Shown here: in pieces, positions 29,516 to 39,928 of the stretch
Layout: every line of letters begins with the position of its first letter
How positions within the stretch are numbered: the stretch's first letter is position 1
IMG/VR virus record: IMGVR_UViG_3300037067_009025
Location: 1 to 64,000 of that record
Reading direction: 5' to 3' (one strand)
Length of the DNA: 64,000 nt
Source: a virus
Taxonomy: Duplodnaviria > Caudoviricetes
Position numbers and translations under genes: made by a program
The notes under the pieces: model-generated
What the model was told of the DNA's origin: nothing
Database searches by the model: none
What the model saw: the letters and a program-made list of their open reading frames with translations, nothing else

Positions 29516-29550
29516 GAAAAAAGAGGGAGGAGAATAATCTCTCCTCCCTC
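29516..29550 (-). terminator. intrinsic terminator after the major capsid gene
   Basis: GAGGGAGGAGA/TCTCCTCCCTC stem followed by a U run on the minus strand. Confidence 0.85.
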
Positions 29551-29568
29551 GAAGAATCAAGGCTTAGA

Positions 29569-30504
29569 TTACGAGGTCTTCTGGATAAGAACCAGACCGT
29601 TGTAATCCCCATCACCGCTGGTCAGGGCCCATTTGAAATCGAACCAATAGGTCACAACCAACAGGTCAGCCCGACGGCCAGCTTTGTGCTCCACGTCCGC
29701 TTCGATGTTACCGAAGTAGCCCGCAAAGGCACCGCTCATGTTCGCCAGGATGGCTTTTTCACCCGTCAAGAGCATTCTCTTGATAACGGGGATACCATGA
29801 AGATGGACAACGTTCTTGAGGCCCAGAGCAGGGACATCCTCTAAGTCATACCCGACCATGTTCTTGTCGGCGGACTTTTTCGCAGCAGCCAAGAAGTTCG
29901 GAGATGCGAAGATTACGAGGTTTTCCTTGTCTTCCTCTTCACCATAGACACCCAAGCTATTCTGAGCTTCGGCAACGGCATCCAAAATATTCTGGGCGTT
30001 GGAAGTCGTATAGCTCACAGGAGTGGCTTCGGCGGTTCCAGAAGCAGAAAGCACTTCGAGACCATCGGTAATCGTCAACGGATTGGTTGCACCAATGGCA
30101 GTAGTATCACCCTTGATGGCAACTTTGTCCGCTGTGCGAGCGATAGCACGAGCGATTTTGTTTCTGAAGAGGTTCTCCAACTGAAGCTGCGGATACTGCT
30201 TTACCTGTTTCGTCTTCAGGTAAATATAGGTTCCGAGTTCAACGGGGGCCAAATCAGGAGACTTCACATCGAACGTCATCTCGTTCAGAGTCGTGATGTC
30301 CGCAGTATTGTCAATGCGATACACTCTGTCCAGAGATTCCTCGCCGATGACAGGCACAGTGCCTTCATTGACGATTTCGATGAACTGACCACGAGACTCG
30401 ACCATCCGAAGGATGAGCGACTTCTCGACAGCATCGTGAACAATTTTATCAACCAACTCTTTAGGAAGATTGGTTGCACTACCAGCAGGAATTAAGAAAT
30501 CCAT
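29569..30504 (-). CDS. major capsid protein (HK97 fold)
   Basis: 311 aa after the prohead protease; FLIP..LPKE..KIV, KIARAIARTADKVAIKGD, LHGIPV motifs. Confidence 0.85.
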   Translation of the reverse strand: MDFLIPAGSATNLPKELVDKIVHDAVEKSLILRMVESRGQFIEIVNEGTVPVIGEESLDRVYRIDNTADITTLNEMTFDVKSPDLAPVELGTYIYLKTKQVKQYPQLQLENLFRNKIARAIARTADKVAIKGDTTAIGATNPLTITDGLEVLSASGTAEATPVSYTTSNAQNILDAVAEAQNSLGVYGEEEDKENLVIFASPNFLAAAKKSADKNMVGYDLEDVPALGLKNVVHLHGIPVIKRMLLTGEKAILANMSGAFAGYFGNIEADVEHKAGRRADLLVVTYWFDFKWALTSGDGDYNGLVLIQKTS

Positions 30505-30544
30505 TTTAGGTTTCCTCCTTATTATTTTCCTGTTTTCACAAGAC

Positions 30545-31738
30545 TTATTTTCTTGAGATTAAATTGCTGAAAAATGAATCAGCGTTTCCGCCCTTTGCCT
30601 TCTGTTGGGCGACCTGTCTTACTGTATCTATGTTATCAACTTCAACGGATTTTCTTACTTCGACCATTTCGGCCTTTAACGTCTTGACCTCTTCCGAAGT
30701 CGCTTCGTTGGCAGCCATCCTGGTTTCCAGCTTGGCCATCCGTTCTGATAACTCGCAATTCTTCTGATTGAGTTCCCCAAGTTGCCCCTTGAGAGCAGCG
30801 TTTTCAGCCTTTACGGCATCCAATTCCGCCCTTAAAGCATCTTCGGGTTTCCCAGCGACGGGCTCAGGTTCCTTGCCAGCATCAGCAGTTGAGACAGTAG
30901 AAGTTGACTCCGCAGCTTTAGTTTCCTCTGCTTTTGCTTCCGCAGGTGCGGGCTCGACAGATTTTTCCTCGGCTTTAGGAGTTTCAGGAGCAGCTTCCGC
31001 TTTCTTTTCTTCAGCGGGTTTCTCCTCGGTTTTTTTGCAAGTGCAATTCTCTTTATCTTCACATTTGCACTCGGCTTTCCGTCTCGCCTCATCCTTCTTT
31101 AAGAGGTCACGGAAATTGATTCGACGAGTTTCCTCATCTTCCAAAATCCCACGAGTTACCAACTCACGGGAAAACTTTTCAACTTCAGCATCACTGAGAG
31201 CCTCGGGATTTCCAGGAACAGGAACCGCAGAATACTCAAGCATTTCCCATTCGGAGATAATCCAAATTCCCCAGAACGCATTATCCTCAAACTGCTTCTG
31301 CGTAATCGTCACATTGAGGTTGTATTTCTTTTTCAACTCCTCAAAATTCACAGGAGTCACTTCCTCAAAAGTCTTCGGCATGAAACCGATTGACCACGCA
31401 TTTAAGAAACCATCCTTATAAGCGTTGAAAACTTTCATTGACAACGCATCATTCGGATTGAATTCAGTTGTGCAAACAATCTCGTCCTCACCAACTTGCA
31501 AATCCACGCAGCGTCCAATCGGAACTTGCATCGTGGATTTATCCATATTGTGAAGCCAAAGAACAACAGGATTCTTCGTGTAATGCTTTACGTCGGCACC
31601 TTTGGGCAGAACGATTGTCATGTATCTGTCCAGGGCCTTCGTGTTCACAACGTGAGTAATCCTGAAATTCTCAGCATCAACACTACGAACTGAAGTCGTG
31701 AGGAAATTTCTCTCTTTAATTCCAGCGTTAATTCGCAT
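30545..31738 (-). CDS. HK97-type prohead protease fused to an acidic coiled-coil scaffold region
   Basis: NPVVLWLHN, PIGR, AWSIGF, LEYSAVPVPGNPEAL motifs; AEK-rich C-terminus. Confidence 0.9.
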   Translation of the reverse strand: MRINAGIKERNFLTTSVRSVDAENFRITHVVNTKALDRYMTIVLPKGADVKHYTKNPVVLWLHNMDKSTMQVPIGRCVDLQVGEDEIVCTTEFNPNDALSMKVFNAYKDGFLNAWSIGFMPKTFEEVTPVNFEELKKKYNLNVTITQKQFEDNAFWGIWIISEWEMLEYSAVPVPGNPEALSDAEVEKFSRELVTRGILEDEETRRINFRDLLKKDEARRKAECKCEDKENCTCKKTEEKPAEEKKAEAAPETPKAEEKSVEPAPAEAKAEETKAAESTSTVSTADAGKEPEPVAGKPEDALRAELDAVKAENAALKGQLGELNQKNCELSERMAKLETRMAANEATSEEVKTLKAEMVEVRKSVEVDNIDTVRQVAQQKAKGGNADSFFSNLISRK

Positions 31739-31771
31739 GATTTTTTGACTCCTTTCCTCGAACCTCAGTCA

Positions 31772-32158
31772 TTACGTGTCAGACTGCTTGGACAAGATAA
31801 CTCTCGCCTTGACCACATCACCCTGACGGGACGTGACTGTATATTGAACCACGACGCAATTTGTATACGTCGCAGCAGGAATACCACCTGCACGATAACC
31901 CGCAAGCAATTCAACTGTGACAGGCTGACCATTCTGAGCAATCGTGTCAATAGCATAAGTGCTATCGGCCTTATACTCAGCAGAGTCAACAGTAATCGTC
32001 AATTCACTGTTGCCGTGGGCAACGTAAATCGGATACTGTCTGTCAGCAGCGAAGTGTTTAATCGGGTTGAAATCATAATCAACTTCGATACCTTCGCAAT
32101 ATGCGATTTCGTGGGTGCCGATGAGAATACGGCCCACATTCGCTTTTAAATCAGGCAT
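31772..32158 (-). CDS. probable tail tube protein
   Basis: 128 aa; GRILIG..EGIEVDYD..ELTITVD..YTNCVV beta pattern; GGAGG RBS; first gene after a late promoter. Confidence 0.55.
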   Translation of the reverse strand: MPDLKANVGRILIGTHEIAYCEGIEVDYDFNPIKHFAADRQYPIYVAHGNSELTITVDSAEYKADSTYAIDTIAQNGQPVTVELLAGYRAGGIPAATYTNCVVVQYTVTSRQGDVVKARVILSKQSDT

Positions 32159-32193
32159 TTTAGTTTCCTCCTTGAATTTTAAACATCCACCCA

Positions 32194-32220
32194 TTAAATA
32201 CGAATTCACGGGTAAAATAT
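32194..32220 (-). promoter_or_regulatory. candidate late promoter
   Basis: ATATTTTACCC-gtgaat-TCGTATTTAA. Confidence 0.7.
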
Positions 32221-32268
32221 TTACATTTTTCCACCATTTTCTTGACAAAATTGGTCGTCGCTACCAAC

Positions 32269-32517
32269 TTAAATGGTGTCTTTCTGAGTCAACAATTTTG
32301 AAGCCTTCCAGGTTCCACTGACCTCCTCAGCTATTACGAGATAGGTCTTATTTCCCGAGAAATTGAGATTCAATTCTAAAAAATAAACCCCAGTGGAATC
32401 CCACTCGTCAGCAAGCTGATTTAAAATTTCGGCTCCTGTATTACTGTAAACTTTGAACCTAACTTGCTGCCCTGTCACGTAATTTTTGGAGGCAAATGTC
32501 GGTCTAACTTTCGGCAT
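32269..32517 (-). CDS. hypothetical virion-module protein
   Basis: 82 aa ORF in the late operon. Confidence 0.5.
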   Translation of the reverse strand: MPKVRPTFASKNYVTGQQVRFKVYSNTGAEILNQLADEWDSTGVYFLELNLNFSGNKTYLVIAEEVSGTWKASKLLTQKDTI

Positions 32518-32543
32518 TTTGCACCCCCAAATTTTTTCTTAGC

Positions 32544-33050
32544 TTATGCGAAATATCCGCCTGGTTTGATTTCGGCATCAATACCATCCACAGAATCTTG
32601 AATATCCTGTAATGATTGAGCCGTATTCGTTGGCAAATTATCCGTCTTGGCCTTAACGGCATCAACGTTTGCGTCCACAGTGTCTACTTTTCCTTCAACT
32701 GTATTTACCGATGTTTGAACCGCATCCACTTTTCCGTCAACGGTATCAACCTTTGACTCGATGGAAGCAGTTTGAGATTTTACATCATCCACATCAGCAG
32801 CGGTAACTTTAACGGTGCGAACTGCACGGTCACCATTAACGACAGAAGAAACTTTCTCCTGCCAAAGACCAACCACGTCTGGTGTATATTCAAATGTATA
32901 AATCCCGTCGCCCTGTTCAGTAACCGTAGGGGCTGGTGATAAGGTGCTCCCATCAGGTTTACGAACAGCAACAACAAAATCGGAAACACCCGTGTTAAAT
33001 TCCACGGCAACGTAGGCCACCTTGCGTAATTTGTTTATGGTAGCTTCCAT
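32544..33050 (-). CDS. Ig-like plus heptad-repeat coiled-coil protein (decoration/whisker-like)
   Basis: GDGIYTFEYTPDVVGLW Ig-like strand, then KVDTVDG/KVDAVQT/SVNTVEG heptads. Confidence 0.5.
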   Translation of the reverse strand: MEATINKLRKVAYVAVEFNTGVSDFVVAVRKPDGSTLSPAPTVTEQGDGIYTFEYTPDVVGLWQEKVSSVVNGDRAVRTVKVTAADVDDVKSQTASIESKVDTVDGKVDAVQTSVNTVEGKVDTVDANVDAVKAKTDNLPTNTAQSLQDIQDSVDGIDAEIKPGGYFA

Positions 33051-33638
33051 GTTTCTATCTCCATTTCATTTTAGGCGAAGTGTCCGCCATTTGGTTTGTG
33101 ATTATTTTCGTCGCTAAAATAACCACCCTTAATAAGTTCCAAAAATTTAATTTTGATAACTTCAATAATTCTCCGAGCAGTCTTCCACATTATTTTTCTC
33201 CTCGGATATAATAATACAACTGAATAGTAGACGCCACAGCTTTAATTTCAATCTCAACACACGGCATCTCATCAGACATTTCAACGTAAGGAAATCCATG
33301 AATCCACGGGCCCCAGATTTCCATACAGCGCATTCTCACCAAATAATTTCCATCCTCAGTATAAAATGCAAATTTCTTAATGTCAAAGGACGGCTTTAAT
33401 TTGATACCCGTGGTATTTACTGAAACCGAATCAGAAAGGTAATGCGTTTGCATATACCCTCCTTATCGAGTCAAATAATTTTCCGCAGTCAAATAACTCG
33501 CAGGATATTGTTTCTTGCACATGTTACAAATAGCCCCAATGACTTTTCCAGACTTATCACAAATAGGAATCATTGTGCCACAGCACGAAATTTTCTTTTC
33601 ACTTTTTCTTTGCGGTCTACGATAATTCACGGCACACC

Positions 33639-33923
33639 TTATTTCTTGGCTGCAACTCTCTTCGTCTTAGAACTGCGCCCAATTTTCAGAGCACCTTTGA
33701 CGTAAGACATGTCTTCAGCCAGTGAACCAACTTTTTCTCTCAAACCTTTTTGCTCGTCGGAGAGATTTTTAATATTTTCATTCACATGATGCAAATCGTT
33801 TGTCATAATTTTGTGGAATGCCAAACGGTTCGCCACAAAAACAACAATGATGCCCACAAAATTGAGGACACCAATAACACCCGCTACGACCGCAAAAATA
33901 TTTTTTAATGATTCAAGTTCCAT
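33639..33923 (-). CDS. single-TM plus coiled-coil protein (holin-like candidate)
   Basis: Hydrophobic N-terminal helix, coiled coil, basic C-terminus. Confidence 0.4.
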   Translation of the reverse strand: MELESLKNIFAVVAGVIGVLNFVGIIVVFVANRLAFHKIMTNDLHHVNENIKNLSDEQKGLREKVGSLAEDMSYVKGALKIGRSSKTKRVAAKK

Positions 33924-33939
33924 TTTGAAACCTCCCCGA

Positions 33940-34443
33940 TTACGCTTCGTCGTATTGAATAATGTAATCAATGGCGTATTCACCGATGGAGGCTGTATTG
34001 ATTACTTCAAGTTGGAAAACCAGCCACGAAGTATAATCTCCGATATTGACCAGTTCACCATCCATAGAAATCGAATCATTCTCCGCAATATAATCGGTAA
34101 AAGAGACACGAGTGCCTTGAGCAGATTCTGTATCCACGGGCTGTTGATAGGTATTGACCACGGTGGAATTCACCTTGATTGTGAATCCAGGAGTGGGCAT
34201 TCCCGAAACATACCAGGCTTTAAAGTTGTTGCAGAAATTTGCAGGGGCCACATCACAACGACAACGAATCCAGGTCTCGAAAGAATAGGTCGTCCCAGTG
34301 TTCGGAATACGAACAGGATAATCCAATTTATCCACGATACCATCATCAATGGAGATGAGGTTGGAAATATTTTTGGCGACCTCCCCGAAATAACTTGCAG
34401 AGGCCCAGCCGTAATTTTGAACGACAGCAATTGTGGCAGCCAT
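33940..34443 (-). CDS. probable virion structural protein
   Basis: YPVRIP..YSFETW..AP.N..VFQLEV..QYDE pattern seen in phage structural genes. Confidence 0.5.
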   Translation of the reverse strand: MAATIAVVQNYGWASASYFGEVAKNISNLISIDDGIVDKLDYPVRIPNTGTTYSFETWIRCRCDVAPANFCNNFKAWYVSGMPTPGFTIKVNSTVVNTYQQPVDTESAQGTRVSFTDYIAENDSISMDGELVNIGDYTSWLVFQLEVINTASIGEYAIDYIIQYDEA

Positions 34444-34444
34444 T

Positions 34445-35182
34445 TTATTTTCTCTCTTTCAAAGGTTCTACATTCGGCTCGATATAATCACCGTCAGGAG
34501 AAATCCAATGACGGTCATCAGTTCCATCGGCACGAACACGGCCAATACAAATTCTATAAACGTAATGGGCAACAACAATGCCCTTACTGAGTCGCATTCT
34601 TTTTCGCTGAAAATAAAAAACTTTGTCGCCTGGTTCCACATCAAATTCACGAACCTCTACGCCATTCACGATGCGACCACGGCCAGCTATTAAAAAACTA
34701 AAAGGTGCCTCTACATGCTGCAAACTTTCCAGCGGGAGCACCAGTTGATTTTTCAAAACACAAATCGGAGATTTCTTATCCATTGAGATTCTCCTTAGAA
34801 ACAATTTTTAAAAGGTCACGGAGCTTCTGTTCACCCTGCAACAGAAAATATTTTGCTTCTGAAAACAAAATCATGGCGTCACGATTTTTCGTGGACACCT
34901 TGAGTAAATAGTCGTTGATTTTTTTCTGTGCTTCGAGATAACGAGAAACACGCTCGGGATTTAATCGCATTTTTTTAACCTCTCATCACTGTTCATTGCC
35001 TCACCGAACTGATTCAAGACCACCAGGAGCTTATCAACCAAAATATCCCGAGAGACATGTGGAACAGGAATCTGTTCCTCGTTCGAGATTGCGGGGCCGT
35101 CCAAAGACATCACATGCGTTTGAAGCAACCCATAAAGCAAATTTTGATATTCCTGTGCTAAGGTCAATTTATCAGCGGACAT
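34445..35182 (-). CDS. three short hypothetical ORFs at the head of the late operon (34961-35182, 34776-34970, 34445-34783)
   Basis: Overlapping stop/start junctions directly downstream of a late promoter motif. Confidence 0.5.
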
Positions 35183-35211
35183 GGTATCCTCACAATTTGA
35201 ATCTTACATAC

Positions 35212-35238
35212 TTAAATACGAATAACTGGGTAAAATAT
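35212..35238 (-). promoter_or_regulatory. candidate late promoter at the head of the virion operon
   Basis: ATATTTTACCC-agttat-TCGTATTTAA. Confidence 0.7.
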
Positions 35239-35304
35239 CATAGATTTTAGGCCAATAACCGAGGAAATACTCCCGCATTTTTATGCAAAAATGCAATAGT
35301 TAAT

Positions 35305-35424
35305 CTGTGACAGGACTGTATTACAGTCCTGGAACTGATTAACTACATACTGGTTACAGACCTGTCCTGTATTACAGAACTGTCCTGTATACAGACTGTA
35401 TTACAGTTCTGTAACTGTATACAG
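35305..35424. repeat. array of palindromic CTGTA(T)TACAG repeats
   Basis: CAGGACTGTATTACAGTCCTG (35311-35331), further copies at 35367, 35385, 35396 and 35415, plus degenerate ones. Confidence 0.9.
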
Positions 35425-35598
35425 GCCGAGTCCAGGGGGTTTAAGAAAAGACGGGAAAGTAAACCGTGGGTTGACCAAAACCGCACTAAATAAACTCGGG
35501 CCCTCTTTCTCTTCTTAAAGGCTGGACTCACTCCCCTCCGCTTTCAGCATTCGCTGAAACTCGGAGCGGGGCTGGAACAGTTCCTGGCTTAACCCTAA

Positions 35599-35660
35599 TT
35601 GTATGCTATCGTGCAACATATTGTAGGGAATCATACAATTCCTTGTATGGATTCATACAA
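35599..35660. repeat. alternating inverted TTGTATG/CATACAA repeats
   Basis: TTGTATG at 35599 and 35643; CATACAA at 35632 and 35654. Confidence 0.75.
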
Positions 35661-36619
35661 CCAGGGTGCATGAATTTTAAATGAGGTTCCATGCAAAAGC
35701 TCTGCCAAACGAGTGGCAAGGCTCGACGAGGAATGGTCTAAAAAGTCTGCCATCCCGTCTTGGACTCTCACAAATATGGAGCTTTTCTGTGCCAGGAAAT
35801 TTTCCCAGGATTTTTTGGAAAAGTCCTGGATGGATACCCGAGGTCAGGTCGCAAATGTCCACCAGCCACAGGACATTTCTCGGGAGTGGACTATTTGTTC
35901 ATTACTTGGTGAACATTCCAGTTGACAACTTGTTGACGACTTCAAAATTCCATTACTGGCAAAAGTTGTTCACAAAAATTCCAGTGCACATAGTGGGGCT
36001 ATGGAAAACAGAGACTTTTCAAACTGGCCAAATTTTTTTCAGTATTTTGGAACAGGGCGCACCAGTAAGGGAGAGGGTCAGGTCGGGATTTGTCCCGAGC
36101 CTGGGACTATCCCTTTCAGGAAATTTGACTTTTCCCAGGGGCTCTGTGGTTGAGCGTAGAAACAAGTGCCTACTGAAAGAAAACGCTTTCCCAGGTCATG
36201 GGGCCCCTTTAAATTATACTTATATTATAACATATACTTATATATAGACTTATATAAGGCCCTGCCCTTGAAAGAATAAAAAGCCCATGCTTTCCCAGCC
36301 TTTGGGCTGGCCTTGTGCTTTCCTGTTATTCTTTGGCCGTCCCTGGGCTGGGGCGGGTCACGTTTTGCCCCTGTTATCTTCTGGCCGTGAAGGGGTGAAC
36401 CTTTGGGACTATTGGCAGACCTTCAGGGATTGCCAGCCTTTGGGGCCTGGCTGGGGCTGGCTGGTGTTATCCCTGGGCCTTTGGCCTTTGGTGCCAGGTC
36501 ACGGGGTCAAGGTCAAGGGCTGGCCGTGTGCTGGGCCTATGGCCTGGGCCTGGGGTGCTGGGCTGCTATCCCCTGGCCTGGCCCTTTAAGCACGTGTTAA
36601 AATATCTTTGGCCGTGCCC

Positions 36620-36648
36620 TTGACAATTCAAAAGCGGGGTGCTATATT
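36620..36648 (+). promoter_or_regulatory. early sigma70 promoter (extended -10)
   Basis: TTGACA-17-TATATT with TG upstream of -10. Confidence 0.85.
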
Positions 36649-36672
36649 TTAATCAGAAGGGAGGGCCGAACG

Positions 36673-39196
36673 ATGAAAAGCCAAAGCGAACAAAGAAGGC
36701 AGGAAGCGGAAAGAATACTGGAAGGGATAGAAAAAAGCGGGCGGGTTTACTGGCTGGCCGTCTTAGTTAAAAGCGGGGCCCTTCTGGCAAGTGAAGCGGG
36801 TTATATGCTTTTGAATTGGGAGGGTTTAAAATGATTCCATTATTCAAAAACACTGAAGAGGCTTTAAAATACGGGGCCAGCATAGCGGGAAACGCTGAAG
36901 CCCTGGCAGAACTGAAGGCAGAACGGGCCCGCCTTGTCCTGGAAGGGCGCAAACTGCAAGAGGCTGAAGACTGGGCGGGAGCCCTGGCCCTGGCAAGCGG
37001 TCAAAGTCAATTCACACGGGAAGCCCTGGAAGCTGCGGGGCTTAAAGGATAAACACACCACAAACAAGGGAGGGTTAAAAATGGAACACGTCAAGCGCAT
37101 TGCAAACCAAAAAGCACATGAACACGTTTCACGGCGGGAACCGTTCAAAGGGTCAAACCTTTACGCCGAATATAGAACGGTGAAACAAGATTCTTTCAGG
37201 GAGGCAATCAGGGAGGCTTTAGGGGAACCGCTGGAAGTTTACGCCGTCTTTTCATACGGTGAACACTTTCCCATTTATGCCTTTAAGGCGGGCCAGTGGT
37301 TCAGGAATAAGGATAAATACAGCGTGACCACTTCAAAACATCAAAGCCAGGCCAGGCCCTGGGACGTGTCACACTTTACAGACCTTGACACGGACGGAAT
37401 AAAAGCGGTTTGCGGTCTTTAACTTTAACCTTTAAAGGGAGGTCTTAACATGGAAAAAACTTTCAAAGCTGAAACGGTTCAAGTCTGCAAAGTGGCCCGC
37501 CGTTTAGGGGTCATTGCCGAAAAGAAAACCCTTTGCCCTGGCTGCGGGAAAGTAAAACACTATGAAGCCCTGGCCTTTGAACTGCGGGCCCTTGAGGGCA
37601 GAATTAAAGAGGTGAACACACCCAAAGCGGACGGGCTGGAATGGTGCCAGGATTGCCAGGGCGGGAGGGGATAAGATGAAAGAATTCCTTTTCATGCTTT
37701 GGCAGATTTTTAAAGTGGGCCTGGTCTGTATAATCTGGGCCCTGGGGCTGGTAGTCAATGCCTGGGCCCTGGCCCTTTGCGCCCTTGTGGGGATTATAGG
37801 CTTAACAGTGGCCTTTTTTGGGTCACTGATTTTTTTCAATATTATCATTCTTGCAATGGGTTTAAAGTAAATTGTCATAACTTTGACACGTGTTAAGTCT
37901 TAGGACAAAAGGGAGGTCATAAAATGGAACTTTGCACACACGGCAAACCGATAACGGGCTATTGCCAGCCCTGCGCCCAGGCCATAGACGGCGGGGACAA
38001 TATGCTTTTAATGGTCAAGATTCGGGAAGTATACGGGAATAAAAGGGTTTATGTTCAATCCTTCCAGGCTGGGGCTTTAAAGGCTTTGACTGGACGGGAA
38101 ACCTTGACGGATTCAGATATAAAGGCACTTAAAAGCCTGGGTTATTCCTTCCAGGTGCTGGGGAATAGTATTTTATAGGGTTTTACGGGGCAAGGAATAG
38201 GAAAGAATGAGGCGGGGAACACGTCCCGCCCGCATAAACCCAGCCCCTGGGCTATTCTTTCCAGTCCCCTATAGTCAAATAACCCTTTAAAACCCTGGTT
38301 TTCTTTATCCTATATACTGGGGCAAGCTGGGGACTTATTCACGGACTTTTTAACCTGGGAGGGCTTAACTATGGCAAGGCAATCTTTAACGGAATTCATA
38401 AGGGCCAATAGGGCCGAACTTGACGGGGCCATAAAGCGGGCAGTCCCGAACATTGGCAGCCTAAACGATTCAGACCGTAAAGACTGGGTTTTAAACGATG
38501 AAGGGCTTTACAATTGGGCCAGGTCTGAAGGGGTGAAGGTTTAACCCTGGCCGTCTTTTAACAAGGGAGGCTTTACAATGGAAGCGCAAAAAATGACACT
38601 GGCAGAAGCCAGGCAGATTTTAGGCAATCGGCCCCGCTGGGAACTTTTGCAGATAAAGCGGGCCTTGTCCATGCTGGAACTTTTGAACACCCCAGAAGAG
38701 GCCCAAAGGCTGGAAGCTGCAAGGCTTTTACTGGGTGCTATGCCTAAGCCCTGGGCCTAAGCCTGGGGAACCTTTAAACCGTGGGAGGGTCTTTTTATGC
38801 GGTCTTTAATCGCTGGGGCCCTTGTGCTGGCCCTGGGCCTGGCCTTCACTGGGCCAGCCTGGGCGGGCAAGGGCGGGAAGCTGAAAGCCTGCAATGATTC
38901 AAGCGGGCGGGTCTACTACGTGCCAAAAGCTGGGAGCGGGAAGGGGCTTTACTGGGGCAGCAGTCCGAAGACGGCCCAGCCCCTAAAAGACGGGCAGCGG
39001 GTTTATATCATACCAAAGCGGGGCAAGCGGTAAAGCTGGCCCCTGGCTGGGAGGGGTGAACATGCGCTATTATGTCCTATTTTATGCGGGCCTTGTGGCC
39101 TTCTGGGTCTTCCTGGGCTGGCTGGTCTACGGGGCAGCCCTGCGGGCCGTGTCCCAGGCAATGGGCCAGGCTGGGGCCATGCTGGGGACTTTTTGA
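36673..39196 (+). CDS. cluster of about 10 small early hypothetical proteins (36673-36834, 36831-37052, 37081-37422, 37450-37674, 37676-37870, 37924-38178, 38371-38544, 38578-38760, 38797-39033, 39062-39196)
   Basis: Nearly all are preceded by a GGGAGG RBS; sizes typical of host-takeover genes. Confidence 0.7.
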
Positions 39197-39206
39197 GCGG
39201 GTGACC

Positions 39207-39235
39207 TTGACACGCTGGGCCCTGGGTGTTATACT
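39207..39235 (+). promoter_or_regulatory. sigma70 promoter
   Basis: TTGACA-17-TATACT with TG upstream of -10. Confidence 0.8.
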
Positions 39236-39899
39236 TGAAGGGGCGGGGCCCTGGGTGCCTGGGGTGTGCCTGGCAGCGGAAAGCGTTTTCCTGGGAAGCG
39301 TTTTCACGGGGACGGGGTGACTTTGGCCGAACCTTGAAGACGGGCCCCAGTGCTAAAGTGTCCAGTAAATGTCAAATTGATTTTAAGGGTTCAAACTGAA
39401 AATTGCCCCGCTGCAAAAGTGTATCAGTTTAAGGGTGTTTTAGGACTTTGACGTTTTGGCCGATTTTTCGCTTGTAGATTCAAAAACTGGGGATTTTTCT
39501 GGGGAAAATCTGGTATTTTCACAAGTGACCCGAAAACCCTTTGCCCCAGGTTATTCCAGCGTGTTTTTGCGGGTGTTTTTCGGCCCCTGGCGGGGCCCTG
39601 GCGGGCAGCTTTTAAACACCTGGCAGCATATTATAGGATGATGACGGGCCAAAGGCTGGGACAAAGCCCGTGACATTTAAGGCATAAAATTTTGATAATT
39701 TGATGACGTTTTCAGCATAAGGGCGGGCAGAATGCGGGACAAAGGCACGGACAAAAGGCGGGACAATTCGGGAGGGATTGAACGGTGAAAGCGTTTTCTC
39801 AAAAATCCATTCGGGCCAGCCTTCAGCAGAAGAGGTCAAGGGGCCCCAGAATTCCAGGGCCTGGCCCTGGCAGACTGAAAAATATTTTTTGCCTGGCCC

Positions 39900-39928
39900 T
39901 TGTTTTTTGGGCTGGGGTGTGCTATACT
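39900..39928 (+). promoter_or_regulatory. extended -10 sigma70 promoter for the AAA/VWA operon
   Basis: TTGTTT-17-TATACT with TG upstream of -10. Confidence 0.6.

Noticed and set aside
35305-35424. CRISPR or mini-array
   Set aside because: Units are about 10-11 bp palindromes with 1-9 nt gaps; there are no spacer-sized unique sequences and no cas genes.
37883-37910. Promoters at TTGACA 37883, 41023 and 32242
   Set aside because: No -10 hexamer at 16-18 nt spacing.
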